DNA of 63,636 nucleotides, counting the filler, from Licmophora abbreviata (Eukaryota), in the NCBI GenBank assembly GCA_900291995.1. It is 15 parts of 15 records of this genome, joined end to end, with 100 filler letters (N's around TTAATTAATTAA, not from the genome) between each part and the next. Parts side by side here need not be neighbours in the genome. Positions count along the whole stretch, not along the records: positions 8,450 to 14,201 come from OLMU01002586.1; positions 14,302 to 15,632 come from OLMU01002587.1; positions 15,733 to 27,328 come from OLMU01002588.1; 12 more parts are not named here. One strand, 5' to 3'. Of this stretch, positions 13,201 through 23,936 are shown piece after piece. The notes under the pieces are model-generated. The model was not told the DNA's origin, did not search any database, and saw nothing but the letters and a program-made list of their open reading frames with translations. Position 1 is the stretch's first letter. Every line of letters begins with the position of its first letter. A program made the translations under genes and the position numbers.

Positions 13201-14049
13201 GAATGCGTTGTACAAGACCGGCGGAATCCTCGCTAGCGCAGTCTCAGATAGTTTTCCGTACGCCGACTCCCGCCCACAGTTAGACCCCGCATAAGATGCC
13301 TGTTTCTTCAGAATGCAGGATACCCCCCTCGAAGACTCATTGGGAACTTGCGATGTTTTTGGCGTAGCCTGAAAACGAAACATGGAGCTTAAAGACAACC
13401 TCGCTGCCCTTTCCTCTTCGAGGATGGGCTCATGAAGGTGTTCGTCGTCAATGACATCCGCATCGGATCGCGTTGAAGATAAATCCTCCCAGAGTTTCTG
13501 TGGCTCCACATCAGTATCTTCTGCTTCGCTCATCGCCACTGCATTGCCGGTAGAGGTATTCGCTGTGCCCTCAGAAAATCCGGGGGTCGATTTAAGACTT
13601 CGATTCAGAGCAGCGAGCCGTCGTTTCGCCGCCACGTTTGTGCTGCCGTGCAATGCTCCATGTTTAGCCGAATTTCGATGTGTATCCGTTTCATGCAGAG
13701 ACGGAGGTGGAGGAAATCCTACGAGAATGGGATCGTCCCAGCAAAGTGCGTCGGCTGGTGTAGAGGGATTCTTGCTATCCCGACTAAGTTGCAGTATTCC
13801 TCGCCGCGCAAGCTCAGTGATGTGAGCAAGAAGATCATCACGCTGACTACTTGTCCCTGGGAGTGCAGCGCGAAGTGTGCACATAGGAACATTGGGCTTA
13901 CCAGTCGCTCGCGTTAGGAACTGCAAGATGGGATCTAGTCGTCTCAATGACAAGACAATCTCAGGCGCCTCTGAAGAAGCGGTGCGGGGTCGCTTTTTCG
14001 GCCGACCAGTGGTGCTTTGTGTTTGTCCAACAGCATCCTCTTGTTGCAT
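10278..14049 (-). CDS. HRQ1: Hrq1/RecQ4/MrfA-type DEAH helicase with C-terminal DUF1998 Zn-binding domain
   Basis: LYSHQADA, TGTGSGKS, FPTKALAQDQ, TNPDTLH, DEAH, SAT, YRGGY, TSALELGVDIG, QSAGRAGR, HALSH, GGAG, CPSC...GCPAC...C. GT-AG introns at 11415-11337 and 11148-11062 restore the frame. The true stop may be further downstream (~10042) if there is an indel. Confidence 0.9.
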
Positions 14050-14563
14050 TGTACAAATCTTTTCTCCGTGCGGCGGAGTATTATCGATTCAGCTTTCAGA
14101 TTACTGCACTGCTGTGGCGCTGCTCAAACCACATCGACAACGCAGGTTCATGGTGTCGTCGTGCGTCGTTCATTGTCTTGAATTCAGAAATCCCTTCGCT
14201 ANNNNNNNNNNNNNNNNNNNNNNNNNNNNNNNNNNNNNNNNNNNNTTAATTAATTAANNNNNNNNNNNNNNNNNNNNNNNNNNNNNNNNNNNNNNNNNNN
14301 NGGTGTCTCTCTCGTTACCTGGTACCACGGGGGACTGAGGGCTTGATACCACTCATCAGTAAAACACATGTACCAGCATTCAAGTGGAACTCTACTGTCG
14401 TGTAGCGCAGAAGGGTTCAAGGGTGCTGTTTGATGAGAGTATCAAAGTCATCTAAAAGGTCATTTTGATAGTTTTAGATTTATGTTCCGCATACATGGGG
14501 GCCCGAAGTGAGCATCAAACGCTCACAAAATAGACCAGTCCGTTCGCGCCTCTGCTCGATATC

Positions 14564-16449
14564 ATGTCCAACGATGCGGAGCACTTGCTCCCCCTTCTTC
14601 AAGGTAGCGAGGGTGAATCTTACGCGCTTGATCACGATGGATGGGATGATGAGACTCCTGGTGCGTTCTACAAAAAATGCTGCGTCAGTGACATACACTT
14701 AATGCGGTATGTGCTCAGTGCTCACTGGCCATGTACCGATTTACCATGTCAATCCATTCCCAGTCTGTAGCTGGTACGGAGTTACGTGCGACTCGTCAGA
14801 TACTGTTGTAGAATTGAATTTGGCATCTATATCTCCTGCTCTGTCAGGAACAATCCCGGCTTCGGTGGGTAAGGTTTCAAGCCTTTCTCACATGTTCTTG
14901 CAGTCTAACGCGTTCGAGGGCACGGTTCCACTCGAAATAGCAGCTATGCCTAACTTGAGAACGATTGACTTAAGCCATAATACATTGAGTGGACAAATAC
15001 CTTCATTCCGATCTGAGACGGTTGAGGAGATCTTGCTGTCCCACAATCGACTCTCGGGAACCTTGAGCTCGAACGTTTTTAGAACGCGCGACAAGCTGAA
15101 AGTTTTCGACGTCAAGTACAATCTAGTGACAGGAACGATTCCTTTTCTCAATGCCAAAGATCTCGTGGAACTCGACCTGAGCAACAATAAACTGAGGGGT
15201 AAGAAGACAACATGTTCTGTCGCTGCCCGTGGTTGCTCTGCTGAATGCTCAGCTCTTGTTTCTGTCTCTCTCTCCTCCCCCCCCCCACTTGGCAGGTACG
15301 ATCCCCGGTTTTTTTTCGCAACAGAAGACCTTACGTCGGCTTTATCTTAGCAATAACAGACTGAGTGGTACCGTTCCAACTCTGAACACTGTCAGTGCCC
15401 TGGAGGAGCTCTACCTTCATGGGAATGGATTCTCAGGAACTCTCAGCCCCGAACTAGCAGAGCTACCAAAGTTAGCTGTATTGTTTATCGATGATAACAA
15501 AATCACAGGCACAGTGCCAAAAGTGAGTTAAAGTTGCCTCGTACTCTCCTGGAATGTTCATCGCGTCAACTCGGGTAAGTTCTTACCACCGGTACCCCTT
15601 CAATGTTCATCTATTTTTGAAGGAACTATGTGNNNNNNNNNNNNNNNNNNNNNNNNNNNNNNNNNNNNNNNNNNNNTTAATTAATTAANNNNNNNNNNNN
15701 NNNNNNNNNNNNNNNNNNNNNNNNNNNNNNNNAACCTCGCAAACTTTGGCTTGTCTGGAACCATCCCGCCTGATGTTGGTTTCTTGCCCGATTTGGAGGT
15801 TCTTAACCTCTCGGGTAATGAGATCGGTGGCAATCTTCCTGCTGACCTGCATTTCGCTCCACTCGAGCTATTCGATATTTCAGACAACAAGATCACCGGA
15901 TACGTACCGCGTAGTCTATGTCAAAAGCCGGGAATCAATGGCAATGGTCTAGATGGACTATACACATGTGACACTGTCGCCTGTGGGCCTTCATATTATA
16001 GTTCGATTGGAAGGGCCGAAGCCGGAACTGGAGGTGTGAAGTGCATTGCGTGTAGCGACGAAGAGAACTCAGACGGCTTTCTCGGTAGCACTATGTGTTA
16101 CAATACATCACCGGCGAGCAATTCTATTACTCCTTTTGGAGTTACAGGCGAGATCATTTTGTGCGGTATGGCAATTTGTTTTCTCGTCGTGCTGGGCTGG
16201 TTGTGGACGAGATCCGCGGTGACCCAACGGTATATTGCCGATCGCGTTCATGGGGATCGAGCTGATGAGCAAGACAACCGCCGTATGGACGACGCTATGT
16301 ATGACGAGGAAGAAGTCGACCGCTCAGTCATTGGGATGGGCGCCGTTGACGCTTACCCCACGGACATACAAGTCAGAGTCAAGGACGAGTGGTCGAGTAG
16401 TAAAGAGACAAGAAACGAAGTATGGTTGGATGTCCCGGCGATCCAGTGA
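14564..16449 (+). CDS. LRR receptor-like protein 1 (LRR-NT, plant-type LRRs, Cys-rich repeat, single TM, no kinase); spans a gap, start uncertain
   Basis: CSWYGVTC cap, LxLxxNxLSGTIP repeats, CGPSYYS...C..C, hydrophobic IILCGMAICFLVVLGWLW. Introns at 14661-14763, 15199-15295 and 15523-15622. Confidence 0.8.
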
Positions 16450-16677
16450 GCGCAAATGATATTCCTAGTGTCAAGACAAGCATCGTATTTATCCTTCAAT
16501 CATATTCTTACTAGTGTTACTACCTTTTCGAACATGTTTGCATTTTTCCGCGAGATCATATTCGAATGCCTTGTGGGTCATCGCCACACGGGAGACATGG
16601 TCATCACACTTATGTCCATTTATTTTGTCATTCAGCCCAACGCGCAATCTTGAAATCTCTTACAACACCATCACATT

Positions 16678-18917
16678 ATGCTCTCCATTATGTTAAGTTG
16701 GGTGTTGCCAATTATAAGTTCCGCATCAAAAGTATGAGCAGTATTCGGCCTAGAGCCGCAATACTTTCGCTCATTCAGGGGGAGGAAGGAAGATCCTGGG
16801 CAGCCTCCCGCGTCGGGTGGGATGAAACGTCCAAAGAACCTTGTGAGTTCATTGCTAACCTCGCGGCAATGTAAAGAGATGCATTTGTTTCTCACTGATT
16901 CTCGGTATTGTATCTCGACCGCTCCTTGTCTCGTTGTACAGACTGCGACTGGGATGGGATTGTATGCGACCCGGTAGAGGAGGAGATCCTCTCAATTCAT
17001 CTTCCAGGGTCAGATCTGTTTGCGAGACTTCCTTCCGAGCTTGGCGTCCTATCGTCTCTCCGTGTTCTGGACATGAGGCACAACCTTCTGACAGGAACAA
17101 TACCCGTGGAGATAGTATCGCTACCGAACCTTGAGCAGGTTCTCTTCGCCAATAATCGTTTAGAAGGGGCACTCCGACCGTTTCGCTCAGTTGCATTGCA
17201 GAACTTGGACTTGAGCCGCAACTTGCTGCATGGGCAGCTTCCCACCGATTTCTGCGCCAATAACGCCGCACTGACGAATCTAGATCTCCAGCAGAACGAC
17301 ATAACCGGACAAATTTCTAATGAGCTTATGACTCTGGAGCTCCTAGAGTCACTGTCATTGACAAGCAACCGCATCACCGGAACTCTGCCGGCCTCCCTGG
17401 GATCGATGCCGTCGCTAAGGAATATTTACCTCAGCGATAACTCACTAATGGGGACTTTGCCTGGCGAATGGGCACATCCCGAGAACGGTGGAGACTTCAC
17501 CAGTCAACTCACAGAGATCTGGCTACACAACAATATGCTAAGCGGGACGATCGCCGAGTCTTTTGGCTTATTTCCAAACCTAGTGGACTTCTTTGTCGAC
17601 GGGAACAAGTTAACTGGGAGAGTACCGATGGCCGTTTGTGCATTGAAATTGAATGCCGATTTCAGTGACACCAATGAAGTAGGGTCAGATGAAAGTGATC
17701 TTCTCTGTGATGCGGTATCCTGTCCAATAGGTACTTTCTCGGATGAGGGAGTGCACCCTTGCAGCCGTTGCCAGTCGACACTTCATCAACCATACATTGG
17801 ACGAACTGGTTGTCAAGACATGACAGAATCGACCATTGTTCGAACACTATTTTCTTCTCAGGACCCAAGTCCATCCACTCTAACTAATTCACCGTGTGAG
17901 ATCTCTGGTATCTCCTGTAACGCCGATGGATTGATCAAAAGCATTGATCTTTCGAACGAAGGGTTAAGTGGCACGATCCCCGACGAACTTGGTTTTCTGG
18001 CGCATCTCGAGGAGCTAGATCTTTCTGACAACGCGTTCACCGGATTTCTTCCTTCCGGGCTGCGATTTGCACCGCTGAAGCGTCTCAACCTCTCCGGAAC
18101 CCGTCTCCGGGGGATAGTGCCACCCTTGCTCTGCGAAACATTGAGCGTCAACAACAACGGTAACAGCGGTGTGTACAGCTGTGACAACATTGCATGTCCA
18201 ATGGGCACATACAGCGAAACGGGGTATGGCATATGTATCCCTTGTACACAAGGCGGGGATTTCCTTGCTGGAAAGGCTTGCATGATATCATCTACGGACG
18301 GACGTCCCTATGGTGACAGCCCGTCTTCGTCAGACAACCGGAGATCTGTCATGACATATGTTATGTTGTCACTTTTTGCGCTTGCCGCCATGGCGCTTAT
18401 AGCAATTGCTGTGATGCGATGGAGACGCAGTAGACAACGACCAATGCTTTCGCTGCAAACGCAATGGATCGATCAAGGAGATTCGGAACACCTACCGCAT
18501 GTCGAGGAGCTCAAGTCACGGTTGCGAGCACTCCGGGGGGTGCCCAGCAGGCGATCGTGGCTCAGCCAACGACTGGGTCGTAGCATGAACCTGGTGATAA
18601 ACTTGGGCGAGCATCGAGGCGGATCAGATCGAGAGCTTGATGTCGCAAGCAGGGCGAACGACGCTGGCGCACCCTATCACGACGACGTATCACTTGACAG
18701 CCGTCTGTCTCAAAGCTCGGATTTGGAAAGAGTAGTCCACGAGCAAGCGAGAAATGTGGTAGTTTGGAGCTATCCAGATCCACTGGAACGAGTGCCGTCC
18801 ACGTCAAGTAGCGCGAGTAAGTTTCACGATGAAGAGGTTAGTAGCAGCGACGAAGATGAAGTGGATGCTATCTACTGGACTGGCAAGAGACCTTCCGATC
18901 AGCAAGAGAATCGGTAA
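16678..18917 (+). CDS. LRR receptor-like protein 2, tandem paralogue (two LRR-NT/LRR/Cys modules, TM, cytoplasmic tail)
   Basis: CDWDGIVC cap, many plant-type LRRs, CPIGTFS..G..PC..C and CPMGTYS..G..C..C Cys repeats, TM YVMLSLFALAAMALIAIAVM followed by RWRR. First exon (IQGEEGRSWA...GWD) resembles that of LRR gene 1. Intron at about 16843-16941. Start inferred through one probable A-run indel near 16730. Confidence 0.85.
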
Positions 18918-19274
18918 TAGATAGAACAGATCCCTAAAGAGGTATAATGTAGAAGAATTAGGCGGCGAAGCTTTTGATCTTCTGCTGGTCGAGCTTTGGC
19001 GGGAAACACGGTTCGAAAAAATCGTCTGGCGTGCGCCTTCTATGACGCGATTGCGAATGAATCATTCGCGACGACTCGACTGACTCGACTCGGCGCGACG
19101 AAAGACACTGTTGATGATGACGATGAACACGGCACAGCCATTCCTAACATCACAAGGGCTGACTATGGAGGTAATCACCTGGCAAGAATCGTCTCGTCAG
19201 CTCAAATCTAATTTTGCTTGTCGAGTAGTCCCACAGTCGCGAGAAAACCGAGAGCGGCATTTCCCCTAAACGGA

Positions 19275-21611
19275 ATGGAAGCCGTACTTCAAGCTGTCAA
19301 GACAGCTAGATACAACGAAGCTGTCGTTGTCAAATTGGAGACAGACGACCCACAAACTGAACCGAGGGAGATGATTCTCGTTGCCGTGCTTGACGAAGAA
19401 AACGGGGGCGTGGTGTGGAGAGATGTGGCACAAGAGCCGGACTTCTCGGACGACGTCCGGATAGTGCGTCACCTTCGAACAAAGAGGTGGATGTTGCCTA
19501 TGTTGAATGATACGCGACGGAACCAACTGTACGGGCATGCCATCGAAGCTGCGACTGCTGAGGCGGTCCGCCGATCTCGTTTGGATAAGGGAACTTTCAA
19601 TATTTTGGATATAGGGTCTGGATCGGGCCTCTTGGCGATGCTGGCATTGAAGCACACAGACGCCGCTCTCAGCGCGAATCGCGAAAGGAACCAAAACGAT
19701 AGTTCTGCTGTACCGGTTCAAGTTACGTCGCTTGAAATGGCGTCCGCCATGGCATCTTTAGCTAGGGGGGTCATTGCTTCCAATGGCATGCAGGATCGAA
19801 TCAAGATTATTGAGGCTCACTCGGGTGAGGTATCATTATCTGACAAATCCCGCCTATGCACATCCGAACTTCTCGAAAGCGGGTTATTGGGGGAAGGAAT
19901 CTTGCCGGCGATGCGTGATGCATGGGAGCGTCACTTGCATCCAGATGCAGTTGTAGTGCCGCAGCGAGCTAGAGTCTATGCGCAGCTGGTCGACAGTGAT
20001 TTTGCGGGGAGATGCCATGGCCCCGAGACGGTAGTGGGAAGTGATGGCGATACGCTTCCACTACGGTTGCACATATCGTCAGACGAAAACGACGTTATGT
20101 TAGGTCACCGCAAGATCATGAACGGAGAGGGGACCACTGTACCTGTTCATGTCGAAGCGCTGTTGGACATCGCGACCCGTACTGAAGATGGAAACTCAGG
20201 CGTGCGGACCATGACGTCCGCGAGAGCGCTTAATGAGCCAGTCTTGGCGATGGACTTTGACTTTTCTTCAAAAGAGGCGTTGCCACCGTCCACAGGGCGA
20301 TCCAAAACGATCCCATGTATGTCTCATTCTTTTGGTGTTGTCAACGCGATTCTTTTCTGGTGGGAACTCGACTTGTATGCTGGTTCAACTTACTCCACCA
20401 AACCTGGAAGCGAATGGCAGGATCATTGGCACCAATGTGTTTACATACTCCCATACTCGCACAAAGACTGCATACGAGTTTCCAAAGGCGAAACGCTCGA
20501 GCTGATATGCAGTCATTCCGACTATCGACTTGATTTTGGTGTCACTAGGCTGATCCATAGCGAGGAACCAACTCTCAAGCGTAGGCGCTTCACTGCCTCG
20601 TCGTTGACAGAGCCATGGATCACCAGCGACCGTGCTCTGCAGCTGAACGACAGACATCGCATTTGTCTTTTGCGCCGAGGTATTGCTACAGCTCTCAATA
20701 TGCAAGACCGTTGCGCCCCCGTCCTGGACCTTTCCGACTTTTCACTCTGTGCCATCATGGCTGCGCTCGAAGGTGCTATACTTGTTACGTCGGTCGAAAG
20801 CAGTACTGGCAGAGTGCCCCAGCTGTCAGCGCGAGTAGCCCAAATTGCCAATGGGCTTCCTTTGCCGGCTAAAAAAGACGTCGAGCCTCGGTTTCAGATT
20901 CTACAATGTCACGCTGAGAACCTTTCTCTTCCTGCCATGTTCGATCGCCGCGCGTCGATTGTAGTGGCAGAACCCTTCTACGAGATTCTCGAGGGATGGC
21001 ACTTGCAGGAAGCTCTACAATATCACTATCTTGTTCGATCGCTACGCAGAAGACAGTTGATTAATGAGACGGCAGTGGCTGTTCCGTCCTACGCGGCCGT
21101 CATGGCCTGTGGTGTGCAGTGCTCGCAGTTGTATGAAGCGTACCGTGGAGTTGGCAGAGAATCTGGTGGGTCGATATGCGGCTTTGATCACTCACTGGTA
21201 AATGAGCATGGAGATTTGTACCACAACCATGATCTTTCCGTCCGCATGTGGGAGTATCAGCACAGTGTTCTAACCGAACGTGTCGAGCTTGCTCGGATTT
21301 GGTTCGAAGGCCCATCCTCGATAGACGGAAATGGTGAATGTCAAGCGATGGCTTTCGCTCGCGAGGGGACATGTCACGGGATGTTATGCTGGATTGAGTA
21401 CGGCATACGCGTCGGTGAATCAGAGGGAAGGACTTCTTTTGAACGACTATCGACGTTCACCACTTCTCATCGGCAAACGTTTCGCATGCTCGCTTCTCCG
21501 GAGAATACATCGGGAGACGATAAGGGAAGTCGCCGCCGACTTCTATGCAAGACTTTTCTGGGTGGACTGGGTAGTCTAGAAGACCACGACTTTGAACTCA
21601 CAATAGAATAG
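19275..21611 (+). CDS. PRMT7: Protein arginine N-methyltransferase 7
   Basis: MLNDTRRN, ILDIGSGSGLLAM (SAM motif I), SELLESGLLGEG (double-E loop), WQDHWHQ (THW loop), then a degenerate second PRMT module (LNDRHR...VAEPFY). Confidence 0.9.
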   Translation: MEAVLQAVKTARYNEAVVVKLETDDPQTEPREMILVAVLDEENGGVVWRDVAQEPDFSDDVRIVRHLRTKRWMLPMLNDTRRNQLYGHAIEAATAEAVRRSRLDKGTFNILDIGSGSGLLAMLALKHTDAALSANRERNQNDSSAVPVQVTSLEMASAMASLARGVIASNGMQDRIKIIEAHSGEVSLSDKSRLCTSELLESGLLGEGILPAMRDAWERHLHPDAVVVPQRARVYAQLVDSDFAGRCHGPETVVGSDGDTLPLRLHISSDENDVMLGHRKIMNGEGTTVPVHVEALLDIATRTEDGNSGVRTMTSARALNEPVLAMDFDFSSKEALPPSTGRSKTIPCMSHSFGVVNAILFWWELDLYAGSTYSTKPGSEWQDHWHQCVYILPYSHKDCIRVSKGETLELICSHSDYRLDFGVTRLIHSEEPTLKRRRFTASSLTEPWITSDRALQLNDRHRICLLRRGIATALNMQDRCAPVLDLSDFSLCAIMAALEGAILVTSVESSTGRVPQLSARVAQIANGLPLPAKKDVEPRFQILQCHAENLSLPAMFDRRASIVVAEPFYEILEGWHLQEALQYHYLVRSLRRRQLINETAVAVPSYAAVMACGVQCSQLYEAYRGVGRESGGSICGFDHSLVNEHGDLYHNHDLSVRMWEYQHSVLTERVELARIWFEGPSSIDGNGECQAMAFAREGTCHGMLCWIEYGIRVGESEGRTSFERLSTFTTSHRQTFRMLASPENTSGDDKGSRRRLLCKTFLGGLGSLEDHDFELTIE

Positions 21612-22213
21612 ATTTAGTCATCTGTGAGTCTTTTGTCTTAATTGTTACTCGGTATTCGGTATGTGATGTTACTGCTGCCTGTGAGCTCAAAAGTGTAACT
21701 TTCGCCGTCTGTACCAACGAAAAACGAATTCCTCATTGCAGCCGGCACTCCGCTTCCTGTCGTCGTGACTTCATGATCCGAGCAGTAGTCTGAGCTGCCA
21801 AGGATGACCACATGTTCAATGTTGCTTGTTTTGAGTTCGAACCAAGAAAAAAGTGAAGACAGAGGGTGGAAGAGAGAAGACGGCATCCTTGAACAGAGTG
21901 TCTCGTGACGTGTTTTGTTTATCGCAATGTCGTTCGACATCGTCACCGTTCGGAGTTGACAACATGCCTCAGTACGAAACCCGTAGAAGTCTACGCAAAA
22001 GTGCATCATGGCCATTCGCTCAAATTCGAATTTGGGTTTCTCCTCGTGACGCCGCATGACACGCCATCAATCAACAAAAAGCACGATCACCTCTCGAGAT
22101 TCTCGCTACAAATGCACCACAGTTGAGAGCAGGGGAGGCCGTGTTTGTTCCTCTTTCGCCCTGAATCTTGGTTCCTTTGTTGTTTCAGGTCCACCCTAGT
22201 CTCAGTAAGCAGT

Positions 22214-23534
22214 ATGTTTTTCCTTAGGCCGCTGGGTATCAGTCGCCATGCTCCGCCTGGGCAGAATTTCGCAATGCGCCTATTCTCGTTGTCGCGACCG
22301 TCCCAGTCGCGCCGAGCGAAGGTGCTGGTAGTAGGAAGCGGAAGAATGGGAAACATCCGTTCGTCTCTTCTTTACGCCAACCCCAAGTTTCAAATGTGCG
22401 GGATCGTTGACGTTCACGTCGAAGGAGCGACCGTCCTTGCGGAACAATATGGAGTAAGAGACATGTGACGCCATCTCCGTCGCCAGTTTCTTGACACCTC
22501 GCTGACACCAGTGCCATCAACATGTTTTCTCTTACGGGTCATAGACTAATGCCTATGATTCACTTGACCAGGCCATTGTCTCCAACGATTCTTTGGATGG
22601 CATCGTCGTGAGCTCTCCGACTTTTACTCACGAAGCTATCATCCAGAAAGCCGCCCAGCATGGCCTCCACGTCTTTACCGAGAAGCCGGTCGATGAGACT
22701 GCCGACAAGATCACCGCTCTGTTTCAGGTCGCGGACAATTCTAGAATCTCTCTTTGCTGTGGTTTTCAGCGTCGATTCGACACGTCGTACGTGGCTGCCG
22801 CGGATGCCGTTCGATCTGGCCAGGTTGGGACACCGGTTCAAGCGCACATCTTCTTCGCCGACCACCCGTGTCCGCCGAAGGAGTTTCTACTTTCCGGGGG
22901 AAACATTTACATGGACCTTTCTGCTCATGACATTGACTACATCACGCAAGCTCTCGACGACGAGGTGCTGAGCGTGTTTGCCACGGGGACGTCGTCGACA
23001 GACGATCTTGCTAGGGCAGGAGTGCACGACAATGCCACCGTATTGATGCAGTTCCGACGAGGTGAGTTCCTTTATTGTGGTGAGTCGTGGCTTGTGCTTT
23101 CCTAGATTGACAAAGGCTCACTGAGAGAATGCTGACAATGTTGCGCCACAGGAACCGTCGTTACATTGTTCATGAGTCGGTCAGCTGCCTATGGTTACGA
23201 CCAACGATGCGAGATCTTCGGCGACAGAGGCTTGGTGTCTGTCGGCAACGAGTCCACCAACTCGACAGTCTTGTCAAATAGCCATGGTGTACACAGCTCC
23301 AAGCTGAAGCACTCATTTCCGCAGCGCTTCAACCAAGCGTTTGCGTCAGAATTGGATGCGTACGCTGACACGCTCTTGGATGGAACGCCGTGGCCTGTCA
23401 GCGCCCAGGACTGCATTCGTGTCCAGAAAGTCGCCGATGCAGCTCGGCTGTCGGCAGAGATCAAGGCGCCTGTAGAAATTGCATACGATGCGACTCCTGA
23501 CATGATGACGGAAGAAGCCGTTGCCTATATTTGA
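22214..23534 (+). CDS. myo-inositol 2-dehydrogenase (Gfo/Idh/MocA family), probable mitochondrial presequence
   Basis: Arg/Ser-rich N-terminus, VVGSGRMG, SSPTFTH, FTEKP, GFQRRFD, SGGNIYMDLSAHDID, YGYDQRCEIFG. Introns at 22454-22544 and 23062-23151. Confidence 0.88.
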
Positions 23535-23903
23535 GCGAGCGGATGGCAAGCGTGTAGCTTGAAAAGATTGACATGAAAATTATAGAATACGTGCCACGGA
23601 GAATATGGTCATTAAATTAGAGTGCTTCGTGTTTGTGGGATTGTGTTACGTTGTGCAATGAGCGGCTTGAACATACCGGAGGATGGTATCGTATTATGTC
23701 TACCAAAGCAGGGGTACATAATATTATGTGTCATACGAGGGAGCTCGTACACCTGTTGCCATCGTGTGCCACCGCCAAGGAAAAGGCTGGCGAATAAAGA
23801 ATGGCGCGCCCAGGCGCGATCAACGGCGACGCGGCTCGCTCGCGGGCGCGCCATATTTTGCTTGGACTGTGAGTTCCAATCAGAAAGCACCACACATTCG
23901 AAC

Positions 23904-23911
23904 GCGGGAAA
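23904..23911 (-). promoter_or_regulatory. E2F-like site TTTCCCGC upstream of the cohesin STAG gene
   Basis: GCGGGAAA about 25 bp before ATG 23937, with GGCGCGCC boxes at about 23803 and 23845. Confidence 0.35.
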
Positions 23912-23936
23912 GCCACATCGAAAGATACTTGCGACC

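Noticed and set aside
10278..14049. DUF1998 helicase as part of a prokaryotic defence system (DISARM/Druantia-like)
   Set aside because: It contains introns, sits among eukaryotic housekeeping genes and has no partner genes; it is best read as ordinary Hrq1.
21638..22057. 139-aa minus-strand ORF between PRMT7 and inositol dehydrogenase
   Set aside because: No recognisable motif or convincing gene structure; it cannot be supported, though it is not excluded.
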